A stretch of 64,000 bases of DNA, from the NCBI GenBank assembly GCA_046306335.1, contig JBKDXM010000033.1:17199-81198 (forward strand), in the 5' to 3' direction. This document shows positions 54,822 to 64,000 of this stretch, one piece after another (the stretch's first letter is position 1; every line of letters begins with the position of its first letter). The stretch is from Planctomycetota bacterium (GTDB lineage Bacteria; Planctomycetota; UBA1135; UBA2386). The notes beneath the pieces are model-generated. The model saw only the letters and a list, made by a program, of their open reading frames with translations. It did no database searches and was not told the DNA's origin. The position numbers and the translations under genes were made by a program.

Positions 54822-55853
54822 TCAGGCCGCCGCGTAGGCCGACAGCAGCGCGCCGAGCTCGCGGTCGATGCCGAATCGGCGCTGGAAGTCCTCGCGCACG
54901 CGCACGCCCAACGCGCCCGCCGCCGAGCGATTGCGGCACAACGCGAGGACCTGCTGCGCCATCTGCTCTTCGTCGGCGAACAACAGGCCGGTCTCCCTGT
55001 GGCGGAGCAGTTCGCGGTTGCCGGGCACGTCGGCCGCGACGATCGGCCGGCCGAGGAACCCCGCTTCCAGCAGGGTCGGGGCCGCGCCTTCGTGGAACGA
55101 GGTGTTGAGCACCACGTCGGCGTCGGTGTACGCCGCGCCCATGCGCTCGCGCGCGAGCGTCGGCAACAAGCGGACCCCGGCGTGTTCCGCGATGCGCCGC
55201 CGCAGGTCGGCCGCGTACTCGGGGTGCTGGTCCGGGCCGGCGAGGATGACCTCGACATCGGCCCCCGCACCGCGCAGGACGCTGGCGAGGCCGAGCGCCC
55301 GATGCTGCCCCTTGATCGGCCGCAGACCGCCCGGCAGGAACACGAGGAACCGCTGGCGCGGGATGCCGAGCGAACGACGCAGGTCGGTGCCATCGGTCGC
55401 GAGGCGCGCAGCCGACCGCGGCACGACGTCGACCTTGCCGATCGCTTCCGGCACGCGCTGCTCGACCAGCGCAGCCGCGTCGGCCGACGGAGCGAGCACG
55501 CGATGGGCGCGGCGCAGCACCTCGCAGACCAGCTGCCCCCGCTTGTCGTCGAGCATGTCGCTGTAGAGGTCCTCGCCCGTCAGCGAGACGACCCATGGCG
55601 TGCGCAAGCCGAGCAGCCTGACGCCACAGCGCAGCGCATCGTGGGCATGGACGACGTCGGGACGGAAGCGGGTCAACGTGCCTTCGAGCGACTGCGTCAG
55701 GCCGCCTTCGCCGCCGCCGCCGAACGTCTCGCACAGATGGCCGCGCGCCTGCAGGCCGTCGCGCCAGCGCGCGACCGTGGACAGCCCGCCCATGTGGCAG
55801 ACGGCCGGCGTCGGCGTCATCAAGAGGACCTTCACGGCGGGCTCTTTCGGCAT
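54822..55853 (-). CDS. Glycosyltransferase family 1
   Basis: ORF 54822..56126 trimmed to ATG 55853 (MPKEPAVKVLLMTPT...). The GT-B C-terminal motif is SFHEGAAPTLLEAGFLGRPIVAADVPGNRELL. Confidence 0.8.
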   Translation of the reverse strand: MPKEPAVKVLLMTPTPAVCHMGGLSTVARWRDGLQARGHLCETFGGGGEGGLTQSLEGTLTRFRPDVVHAHDALRCGVRLLGLRTPWVVSLTGEDLYSDMLDDKRGQLVCEVLRRAHRVLAPSADAAALVEQRVPEAIGKVDVVPRSAARLATDGTDLRRSLGIPRQRFLVFLPGGLRPIKGQHRALGLASVLRGAGADVEVILAGPDQHPEYAADLRRRIAEHAGVRLLPTLARERMGAAYTDADVVLNTSFHEGAAPTLLEAGFLGRPIVAADVPGNRELLRHRETGLLFADEEQMAQQVLALCRNRSAAGALGVRVREDFQRRFGIDRELGALLSAYAAA

Positions 55854-55869
55854 CGCCGGCCGGGGCGCT

Positions 55870-56658
55870 TCAGCGCGGACCGGCCGGACACGCCGCGCGC
55901 ACGGCGCGCACGCGCGCCGGATCGACCGGCTGGTCGACGCGGCCGTCGTGCTTGCAGGCCGTGCCCACGATCGCCCCATCGCATGCGGGCCACAGCGCCG
56001 GCGCGGACGCGAGCGACAGTCCCGAGCCGAGCCAGATCGGGAACGCGCCGACGGCGGCGCGCACGGCGACGACTGCTGGCAGGTCGACCGGCTCGCCCGT
56101 CCGCCGGCCGGACAGCACGATGCCATCGGCGCCGCTGCGTTCGGCGACGTCCTTGGCGCCGGCGGCGAGGTCGAGCGGGGCCAGCGGTGCGGCGTGCTTC
56201 ACGAAGTGGTCGGCCAGCAGCAGCCCATGCCAGCCGAGCTGGCGACGGTACGCGGCGAGCCGCGCCGCCTCGCCTTCGATCACGCCCTGGTCGGTGACGT
56301 AAGCCCCGGCGAGCACGTTGACGCGCACCCACCGCGCGCCGGTCGCGGCGGCGACGCCTAGCGCGGCCATGCCATCGTTGCGCAGGCAGTTGATCCCGAT
56401 CGGCAGGCCGGTCTCGGCGGCGATCCGGGCCGCGGCGATCGCCAGCCCGGCGACCGCGTCGGGCGGCGCGGGATCGTCGCGCGTGCCCTTGTGGAACGGC
56501 GCGTCGCCGAAGTTCTCCACGATCACGCCGTCGAAGCCGCCGGCGGCGTAGGCCCGCGCGTCGGCGAGCGCACGATCGAGCACGCTGGCCATCGTGCGAT
56601 GGCCGCGCGACGACGGTAGCGGCAGCAGGTGGACGACGCCGAGCAGCGGGCGGCTCAT
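55870..56658 (-). CDS. BtpA/SgcQ-family TIM-barrel protein
   Basis: ORF 55870..56658. GVVHLLPLP, GFDGVIVENFGDAPF and IGINCLRND motifs are typical of BtpA/SgcQ, by recall. Confidence 0.8.
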   Translation of the reverse strand: MSRPLLGVVHLLPLPSSRGHRTMASVLDRALADARAYAAGGFDGVIVENFGDAPFHKGTRDDPAPPDAVAGLAIAAARIAAETGLPIGINCLRNDGMAALGVAAATGARWVRVNVLAGAYVTDQGVIEGEAARLAAYRRQLGWHGLLLADHFVKHAAPLAPLDLAAGAKDVAERSGADGIVLSGRRTGEPVDLPAVVAVRAAVGAFPIWLGSGLSLASAPALWPACDGAIVGTACKHDGRVDQPVDPARVRAVRAACPAGPR

Positions 56659-56665
56659 CGCCGCA

Positions 56666-57538
56666 TCATGCCGGCAGCAGGCTGCGCAGTCGCATGCGCA
56701 CGGCCTTCCACGTCGGCGCCAGCCGCTGGGCCTCGCGGATCAGCGCGCGGCCCTCCGCCTTGCGACCGGTGGTGATGAGGTCCCACGCGTAGTCCAGGCG
56801 CACGTCGGCGCGGCGGCGACGGATGAGGTTCTGGAAGTGGGCCTCGCCGACGTGGTGCTGCGCGACGCGCGCGAGGATGCGGTCGAGGCCGCGCAGGAAG
56901 CGCTCGTTGGCCGACAAGCTGCCCTGGTGCACGCGATAGAACGTCAGCGGCTCGCCGAGGTACGCCAGCGGCTCGCGCTCGCTCATGCGCAGCCACAGGT
57001 CGAAGTCCTCCGTGGCGATGAGGTCCGGATGCTCGTCGAAGCCGCCGACCTCCAGGACCGCGCGGCGGCGCGCCACGACCGAACTGCAGATCACCGGGCT
57101 GCCCTTCAGCAGGCGCTCGGTGGTGAGCACCGTCGGCACGTTTCGGCCCTGGTTCTTGCGCGCGTCGATGCGGCCGCCGCGCACGACCCACGCGTCGGTG
57201 GCGAGGCACGCGGCGCCGACCTCCTCCAGCACCTCCACCGAACGCTCCAGCTTGTCGGGGGCGTACCAGTCGTCGGCGTCGAGGAAGGCGACGAACTCGG
57301 TCGTCGCGTGCGCCACGCCGCGATTGCGCGCCGCGCCCGGACCGCGGTGGTCCTGGCGCAACAGCGTCGCGCCGCCTTCTACGGCGATCTTCGCCGTCGC
57401 GTCGGTCGAGCCGTCGTCGACGACCACGACGGCTTCCGGCGGCGTCGTCTGCGCGCGCAGCGAGTCCAGCGTGGCGGCGAGGAACTCGCCCGCCTGCCAG
57501 GCGGGAATGACGACGGTTACCGGCGCGTTGCGGCTCAT
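56666..57538 (-). CDS. Glycosyltransferase family 2
   Basis: Tail of ORF 56666..58735 from ATG 57538. VTVVIPAW, VVVDDGSTD, FLDADD and the ED motif (ATEDFDLWLR) are present. Confidence 0.9.
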   Translation of the reverse strand: MSRNAPVTVVIPAWQAGEFLAATLDSLRAQTTPPEAVVVVDDGSTDATAKIAVEGGATLLRQDHRGPGAARNRGVAHATTEFVAFLDADDWYAPDKLERSVEVLEEVGAACLATDAWVVRGGRIDARKNQGRNVPTVLTTERLLKGSPVICSSVVARRRAVLEVGGFDEHPDLIATEDFDLWLRMSEREPLAYLGEPLTFYRVHQGSLSANERFLRGLDRILARVAQHHVGEAHFQNLIRRRRADVRLDYAWDLITTGRKAEGRALIREAQRLAPTWKAVRMRLRSLLPA

Positions 57539-58965
57539 GCGGAACGGCGGCGCATCTTGGCGGCCACCGCGGCGAAGATCTCGCCAATGTAGCGAAGGTC
57601 GGCCGGCTGCACGACGAGGCAGCGCCACGCCGGCGTGCCGGTCTGGCGCGAGTAGGCGACCACCGTGACCACCGTGCCGACGAAGTACGCGACGCTGGAG
57701 GCCCACGCGGCGCCGAGCGCTCCGTGCGACGGGATCCACAGCGCGTCGAGCGCGAGCATGGTGACGAAGACCGTCGACTGCGCGGCGATGCAGGTGTCGA
57801 GGCGGTCGCGGGCGCCGAGGTCCGCCTGCAGGACCTTCGACACGGTGAAGGCGACGGTGCCGGGCGCCAGGGCCAACAGGCAGGCGCCCACCGGTTCGCT
57901 CCAGTCCGCGAGCCAGACGTCGGTGGAACCGCGCGTCGCCAACGTCACCAGCCCCATGACCGGGTCGACCAGCAGGAGCAGCGCGGCTGCGGCGACGACG
58001 GACGCGGCCAGCCCCAGGCGCGCGAGCACCGGCGTGCGCACGCGCGCCTCCTCGTCGGTGCTGCCGGCGACCTTCGAGAAGAACAGGTCGCGCAGCGCCT
58101 CGGGGAAGTGCCAGACCAGCTCGGCCCACGTGATCGCCATCGAATAGAACGCGACCTGCACGTTGGCGGCGCTCGTCGCCGCGGCCACCTCGATCCCGTC
58201 GGCGCGCAGCGTGCGGAACATCAGCACGCCGAGCACGATCATGTCGAGACGCTGGTTGAGCTGCGCGAGCGTCGACGTGAGGTTCGCCTTCCAGCCAAAG
58301 CGCAGCGCGTCGCCGAGGAATTGCCGGTGCACGCGCACGCGCAGCTGGACGACCTTGCGCACCAGCCAGAGGGCGACCACGGCGACGACGGCGGTGCTGG
58401 CCATCCGGCCCCACGCGACGCCGGCCTTCACGTCGCCCGCGCCGACGTCGCCGCCGATCGCCAGGAAGACGGCGAAGAACGCCGGCAGGAAGGCGAGCGA
58501 GGTGACGAGGTGGACGATGCCGTAGTCGCGGATGCGCTCGGTGGCCAGCTGCGTGCTGTTGGCGTAGCTGGCGACGAGCAGCAGCGGCACGGCGAGGCAG
58601 ACCGGCAGCACGAGCCACGGATCGACGAGCCACTCCGGGTCGAACATCGGCAGCGCGTACATCACGACGCACCACGCCGCAACGCCGACGACCGCGCCCC
58701 AGCCGAGCGCCACGGCCATCGCCGTCTCGAAGCACGTCTGCGCGCTGTAGCGCTGCCGCCGCACGAACCAGACCAGCGCCGTCGCGAGCCCCAGGTTGGC
58801 GATCGCGCTGAGCACGAACGGCAGCGCCGCGACGATGCCGGCGCCGCCGTGCTGATCCCGCTGGTTGGCCGTCAGCGCGTAGAGCACGAGCCCGCCGCCC
58901 TTGTCGATGACGACGACTAGGGCATGGATCAGGAAGGTGAAGACGACCCAGCGGCGGAAGTTCAA
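57535..58965 (-). CDS. Polysaccharide flippase (Wzx/MOP superfamily)
   Basis: ORF 57535..58965 has ~12-14 TM helices. Its stop overlaps the GT2 start (ATGA). It sits in a polysaccharide-locus context. Confidence 0.75.
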   Translation of the reverse strand: MNFRRWVVFTFLIHALVVVIDKGGGLVLYALTANQRDQHGGAGIVAALPFVLSAIANLGLATALVWFVRRQRYSAQTCFETAMAVALGWGAVVGVAAWCVVMYALPMFDPEWLVDPWLVLPVCLAVPLLLVASYANSTQLATERIRDYGIVHLVTSLAFLPAFFAVFLAIGGDVGAGDVKAGVAWGRMASTAVVAVVALWLVRKVVQLRVRVHRQFLGDALRFGWKANLTSTLAQLNQRLDMIVLGVLMFRTLRADGIEVAAATSAANVQVAFYSMAITWAELVWHFPEALRDLFFSKVAGSTDEEARVRTPVLARLGLAASVVAAAALLLLVDPVMGLVTLATRGSTDVWLADWSEPVGACLLALAPGTVAFTVSKVLQADLGARDRLDTCIAAQSTVFVTMLALDALWIPSHGALGAAWASSVAYFVGTVVTVVAYSRQTGTPAWRCLVVQPADLRYIGEIFAAVAAKMRRRSA

Positions 58966-58998
58966 GCGCGCACCTGCAGGGGCTGCGCCGCCGCGGCG

Positions 58999-59874
58999 TT
59001 ACCAGGGCATCTCGGCGTCGGCGAAGGCTTCGCGCACGGCCGGCAGCAGTTCGTCGACGAGATCGGCCGGCAGCCCGACGTGCTCATAGGCCTCGGGGCA
59101 CGACGGCGGCTGCACCGTGCCCTCGGTCGAGGGAATGGCGGCCAGCCAGGCGAGGCGGTCGGCGAGGTGCACGAGGGACGCAAGGGGCTTGAAGGCGGCG
59201 GACCGCTGCGGCGCGTGATGGTAGCGGATCGCCTCCGCCAGATCCTCGGGCAGCGACCACTTGTGCGCGAGCACCGAGCCGACCTCGGCGTGGGTGAAGC
59301 CGAACTCCAGTCGCTCGACCTCGCCGTCGGGGAGTCCTTCCGCGGTGCCGCGCTGCAGCGCGGCGACGTACCGCGGGCCGCACTTCTCCAGCATCAGGAT
59401 CTTGCCGACGTCGTGCAGGAGGCCGGCCATGTAGGCGTCCTCGGGATGCAGATCGATGAAGGTCGGCGACGCCGCCGCCAGCGTGCGAGCCGCGATGCCG
59501 ACGAAGATCGAGTGCCGCCAGAAGCCGGTCGGGTCGAAGTTGGCGATCTTCTCGCGACGGGTGGCGAACGCGGTGAACACGGCGGCGCGCAGCGCGACCC
59601 GGCGCGTGGTCGCGAAACCGAGCACGGAGACGGCGAGCGGGATCGACGCGATCCGGACCACGAGGCCGTAGTGCGCCGAATTGACCATGCGCAGCATGTT
59701 GACGGCGACGGCCGGATCCGACTGCAGCACCTTGGCGACATCGCCGGCCGAGGCGCTATCGCTCTCGAGCAGCTTGTTCAGCTTGCCGACGACCTCGGGG
59801 AGGGTCGGCAGGCCGACGGCTCCCTGAACCAGGCTGGCGAGGTCGTGCGACGAAGCCTGCATTGGTGATGTCAT
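58999..59874 (-). CDS. HDOD-domain signalling protein
   Basis: Tail of ORF 58999..61182 from ATG 59874. LPTLPEVVGKL, DPAVAVNMLRMVNSAHYG, AGLLHDVGK and FGFTHAEVG are classic HDOD motifs. Confidence 0.85.
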   Translation of the reverse strand: MTSPMQASSHDLASLVQGAVGLPTLPEVVGKLNKLLESDSASAGDVAKVLQSDPAVAVNMLRMVNSAHYGLVVRIASIPLAVSVLGFATTRRVALRAAVFTAFATRREKIANFDPTGFWRHSIFVGIAARTLAAASPTFIDLHPEDAYMAGLLHDVGKILMLEKCGPRYVAALQRGTAEGLPDGEVERLEFGFTHAEVGSVLAHKWSLPEDLAEAIRYHHAPQRSAAFKPLASLVHLADRLAWLAAIPSTEGTVQPPSCPEAYEHVGLPADLVDELLPAVREAFADAEMPW

Positions 59875-59922
59875 GGCGTATGGTGTATCGGTCCGCATCA
59901 CCCGCCAGCTTGAAGCCATCGC

Positions 59923-61143
59923 GTGCCTGAGACACCGCGCCCACCCCGCATCGTGTTCCTCTGCCAGCGGGTGCCGTATCCGCCGGACCGCGGCGACCGC
60001 ATCACGACGTGGAACTTCCTGCGCCACTTCCTGGACCGCGGGGCGGAGGTGGCGGTCGGCTGCCTGCAGGAAGAGGCCCGTGACAACGACGCCGTGGCCC
60101 ACCTGCGCGCGCGCTGCCGCGCGGTCGCAGCGCCGCTGCGGTCGCCGAAGGTCGCCCGCGCGCTCGGCTTGCGGGGGCTGCTGACCGGCGAGCCGCTGAC
60201 CCTGCCGGTCTTCCGCCACCGCGACCTGGCGCGCGCCGTCCGCTCGTGGTGCACGCCGGATCCGCCCGACCTGATCTGGGTCTACTCGTCGTCGATGGCA
60301 CAGTACGCGCTCGACGTGCCGGCGCGCGCCAAGGTGATGCAGTTCGCCGAGCTCGATTCGGACAAGTGGCGGCAGTACGCCGCCGCCGCCGGGCCCGCCG
60401 GACGCTGGCTGTACGGCCGCGAAGCCCGGCTGCTGCTCGCCTTCGAGGACCGCGTCGCCCGCGCCTTCGACCGGTCGCTGGTCGTCAGCGAAGTCGAGCG
60501 CGAGCTCTTCCGCCAGCGCATCCCGGGCGTCGAGCCGGCCGTGCTGCCCAACGGGGTCGACGTCGCGCACTTCCAGAGCCGCGGCGACGCCGAGCGGCAC
60601 GCGCACACGGCGATCTTCACCGGCGTGATGGACTACGAACCCAACGTCGACGGCGTGTGCTGGTTCGTCGACTCCTGCTGGCCGGCGCTGCGCGCCCGCT
60701 TCCCCGACGCGCAGTTGCTCGTCGTCGGCAGCCGGCCGAGCCCCCGCGTCACCGCGCTCGCGCGCGCGCCAGGCGTGACGGTGACCGGCCGCGTGCCCGA
60801 AACGCCGCCATGGTTCGACCGCGCCGCGGTGGCGATCGCGCCGCTGCGCCTCGCCCGCGGCGTGCAGAACAAGGTGCTGGAGGCGCTGAGCATGGGCCTG
60901 CCGGTGGTGTCGACGACGCACGCCGCACAGGGGCTCGGCCCGGCGCCGGACGCCGCCGTCGCCATCGCGGACGACGCGCCGGCCACCATCGCCGCCGTGT
61001 CGCGCTGGTTCGCCGATCCGGCGTCGGCGCGCGCGAGCGGCGCGGCGGGCGCGGCGTGGGTGCGGCAGACGTGGCGCTGGGAAGCGATGCACGCGCGCTG
61101 CGATGCGCTGTTGGCCGAACTCGGCGTGCGCTGGCCGCAGTGA
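59923..61143 (+). CDS. PEP-CTERM/exosortase-system-associated glycosyltransferase (TIGR03087-like GT1)
   Basis: ORF 59923..61143. RVPYPPDRGDRI, ELDSDKWRQYA, FTGVMDYEPNVDGV.WF and APLRLARGVQNKVLEALSMG match my recollection of that family. Confidence 0.75.
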   Translation: MPETPRPPRIVFLCQRVPYPPDRGDRITTWNFLRHFLDRGAEVAVGCLQEEARDNDAVAHLRARCRAVAAPLRSPKVARALGLRGLLTGEPLTLPVFRHRDLARAVRSWCTPDPPDLIWVYSSSMAQYALDVPARAKVMQFAELDSDKWRQYAAAAGPAGRWLYGREARLLLAFEDRVARAFDRSLVVSEVERELFRQRIPGVEPAVLPNGVDVAHFQSRGDAERHAHTAIFTGVMDYEPNVDGVCWFVDSCWPALRARFPDAQLLVVGSRPSPRVTALARAPGVTVTGRVPETPPWFDRAAVAIAPLRLARGVQNKVLEALSMGLPVVSTTHAAQGLGPAPDAAVAIADDAPATIAAVSRWFADPASARASGAAGAAWVRQTWRWEAMHARCDALLAELGVRWPQ

Positions 61144-61299
61144 CGCGACCAAGCCGCCTGCGGTCGTCGGCGCCGCGCCCACGGCCCGTCCGCCCGCGGC
61201 TGCGGCGCGCAGGTCCTGACACGGACGCTGCGTACGCCGCCGCGGCGGCCCGACCTGCGCCGGGCGCCCAAGGCCTTGGTGACGGTGTTCCGCGGCCTC

Positions 61300-62001
61300 T
61301 CAGCGTCCGTCGACGAGCCGGAACTCGACCGCGATGCTGCGCGTCGTCGGCACCGCCGCACCGTGCGACCGCGCCGGCGCGAAGCGCCACGTGCGCACGG
61401 CCCGCAGCGCCTCGCGGTTGAGCGCCGCGTAGCGGGTCGGCTGGCGCAGCGCCACGTCGAGCACCGCGCCCAGTGCGTCGATCGTCGCCGTGACTACGAC
61501 CGTGCCTTCGTGGCCGGCGAGACGCTCCGACTCGGGATACCGCGGCGGCTCGTTGTCGGCGCACTCGACGGCTTCGACCCATGCGTGCGGCGCGGACGCA
61601 GGCGCGGATGCGGACTCGGGCTCCTGCGGCGCTGGCTCCGGCGGGGCCGCCGGTGTCGGGGGCGTCGGCGCAACGGACGGTCGCTTCGCGATGCGCTGCA
61701 AGCTCGGCGGCGGTGCCACCGCGAACGGGACGTGCTCGGCGGCCGGCGGCGGCAGTTCGCGGAGCGGATCGTCGACCTCGCGGTGGTCCACCACCTCGGC
61801 CGCCACCACCGCCTCGACCACGACGTCGGGCGGCAGCACCTCGCGCGGCATCGAGGGCGCGCTCGGCTCCGACATCTGCACCTGCACCAGCGGCGGTGCT
61901 GCGGCGATCTTGGCGCCCGCGTAGGCGCTGTACCCCAGCGCCGCCGTCAGGGCGACGCCGTGCATGGCGCACGACAGGGCGAAGAAGGCGGAACTGCGCA
62001 C
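61300..62001 (-). CDS. TonB-family energy transducer
   Basis: ORF 61300..62001. It has an N-terminal TM helix, a Pro-rich spacer (PTPPTPAAPPEPAPQEPE) and a TonB_C domain (PPRYPESERLAGHEGTVVV...A.R.WRF.PA). Confidence 0.75.
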   Translation of the reverse strand: MRSSAFFALSCAMHGVALTAALGYSAYAGAKIAAAPPLVQVQMSEPSAPSMPREVLPPDVVVEAVVAAEVVDHREVDDPLRELPPPAAEHVPFAVAPPPSLQRIAKRPSVAPTPPTPAAPPEPAPQEPESASAPASAPHAWVEAVECADNEPPRYPESERLAGHEGTVVVTATIDALGAVLDVALRQPTRYAALNREALRAVRTWRFAPARSHGAAVPTTRSIAVEFRLVDGR

Positions 62002-62037
62002 GGTTCGGGGTCGAGAACGGTACCCGACCGCCGCGGT

Positions 62038-63315
62038 TCAGTCGCCCCCGTCCTTGCCGGCGGCAGGCGCCGGGACCAGCCGATAGACCTTGCCCTGGCG
62101 GCCGTCGAAGCCGGCCAGCAGCAGTTCGCCGTCCGGTTCCTCCGCGAAGCTCGCCACCTGCTGCGGCGCCCCGGCGAGGCGCACGACCGCGTGCGCGCCG
62201 CCCTGCCGGTCCTCCTTGCAAGCCCACATGCGCAGGGTCATGAAGTCGCCGTACACGAACCAACCGTCGAGCCCGGCGATCTTCTTGCCGCGGTAGACGT
62301 AGCCGCCGGTGATCGACAGGCCCTCGCTGTGCGGGTAGCTGGCGACCGGCGCGATCGCGTCGGCAGGCACGTCCTTGCCCTTGCGCAGCTTGAACACCTC
62401 GCCGGCTTCGAGCGCGTTCCAGCCGAAGTTGCCGCCCTTGACCAGCCGATCGACCTCCTCCAGCCGGTTCTGGCCGACGTCGCCGCACCACAGGTCGCCG
62501 GTCGCCCGGTCGAAGGTGATGCGCCACGGGTTGCGCAGGCCGTAGCACCAGATCTCCGGCCGCACGCCGTCGGTCTGCGGCCACGGGTTGTCGGCCGGGA
62601 TCGCGTACGGCTTGTCGGCGGTCGCCGCGCGCACGTCGACGCGCAGCACCTTGCCGAGCAGGTTGGCGCGACTCTGCGCGTTGCGGAACGGATCGTTGGC
62701 AGCGCCGCCGTCGCCGAACGCGACGTACAGCATGCCGTCGGGCCCGAACTCGATGGTGCCGCCGTTGTGGTTGCCGAACGGCTGGAACACCTCCAGCACG
62801 CGCAGCTCGCTGGCGAGGTCGACGACCGGGCCGGCGTCGGTCTTGCGCGCCGTGTAGCGGGCGACGATCGACTGGCGGTTGGACTTGGCGACCTTGCCGT
62901 TGCCCATCGTGCCGCTGAGGCCGTCCTTCTTCTCCGACCAGCAGACCCAGACGTGGCCGTTGTCGGCGTACTTCGGATCGAACTGGAAGCCGAGCAGGCC
63001 CTCCTCCCAGTTGTCGGTGAACACGACCGCGCTCATGTCGAGGAACAGCCGGCCGGGCCCGTTCTGCGCGCCCTCGCGCGGCACCGCGAACACGCGACCC
63101 GGCTGGGTGCAGACGTAGGCGTGCGCCGGATCGGTCGCCGTGAAGGCGACGTACAGCGGCCGGTCGAAACCGGGATGGCCGGGGAAGGCCTCGACGAAGG
63201 CGACCGCGGGACCGTCCGGCAGCGGCGCGGGATCGTCCTGCGCAGCGAGCGGCGCCGTGATGGCGAGGACGACGGCAGCGGCGAGCAGGGAAGGCGACGA
63301 CGGGAAGGCGCGCAT
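62038..63315 (-). CDS. PQQ-dependent sugar (glucose/sorbosone) dehydrogenase, beta-propeller
   Basis: Part of ORF 62038..63951 from ATG 63315 (with signal peptide). EEGLLGFQFDP, NHNGGTIEFGPDGMLYVAFGDGG, GLRNPWR and GGNFGW motifs are present. Confidence 0.85.
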   Translation of the reverse strand: MRAFPSSPSLLAAAVVLAITAPLAAQDDPAPLPDGPAVAFVEAFPGHPGFDRPLYVAFTATDPAHAYVCTQPGRVFAVPREGAQNGPGRLFLDMSAVVFTDNWEEGLLGFQFDPKYADNGHVWVCWSEKKDGLSGTMGNGKVAKSNRQSIVARYTARKTDAGPVVDLASELRVLEVFQPFGNHNGGTIEFGPDGMLYVAFGDGGAANDPFRNAQSRANLLGKVLRVDVRAATADKPYAIPADNPWPQTDGVRPEIWCYGLRNPWRITFDRATGDLWCGDVGQNRLEEVDRLVKGGNFGWNALEAGEVFKLRKGKDVPADAIAPVASYPHSEGLSITGGYVYRGKKIAGLDGWFVYGDFMTLRMWACKEDRQGGAHAVVRLAGAPQQVASFAEEPDGELLLAGFDGRQGKVYRLVPAPAAGKDGGD

Positions 63316-63372
63316 CGGGGCGCGAGGATAGCAGCGGCGCACGTCTGGCATAGGCGCGCGCCCGCGGCCAAG

Positions 63373-64000
<628 letters not shown>

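Noticed and set aside
53149-56297. 861-aa (-) and 918-aa (+) ORFs spanning the DUF2779 gene, the repeat region and the GT1/BtpA genes
   Set aside because: They cross a clearly non-coding repeat region (54451..54821). They are out of frame or antisense to recognisable genes.

Overview
This window is a very GC-rich bacterial chromosomal segment. Hand counts of typical coding lines give about 75-80% G+C. It carries Gram-negative hallmarks: a PagL-like deacylase, TonB, lipoproteins and a periplasmic binding protein. I support about 60 tightly packed protein-coding genes, many with 4-nt start/stop overlaps. I found no rRNA, tRNA or CRISPR array. In order, the window contains: (1) sugar-type ABC importer components; (2) a partial aerobic benzoyl-CoA (box) module, boxC-boxB, followed by a small thioredoxin-like [2Fe-2S] ferredoxin where boxA would be expected; (3) secreted M14 and S46 peptidases; (4) a TlpA-like thioredoxin interrupted by an in-frame TGA exactly at the active-site Cys, probably a selenoprotein, with a SECIS-like hairpin downstream; (5) a Kv-type K+ channel; (6) a NuoF-like flavoprotein coupled to a THUMP RNA methyltransferase; (7) a lower-GC islet encoding a membrane-anchored beta-sandwich-repeat protein; (8) TLC/MFS and EamA transporters; (9) a RAYT (IS200-like Y1 transposase) bracketed by ~150-bp inverted repeats; (10) an ECF sigma/anti-sigma pair next to a 1181-aa protein that has a voltage-sensor-like S1-S4 domain but no recognisable pore; (11) housekeeping and metabolic genes (dinB, tdh-kbl-archaeal-type map, leucine dehydrogenase, xthA, infA); (12) an exopolysaccharide locus (HDOD, flippase, GT2, BtpA, GT1, and a PEP-CTERM-type glycosyltransferase). 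A second, palindromic repeat family with short ~56-bp and long ~160-bp forms occurs at least five times, in three cases within 0-6 nt of a stop codon. Most very long ORFs in the six-frame track that lie antisense to these genes are high-GC artefacts. All family assignments come from reading the translations and recalling motifs; no database search was possible.
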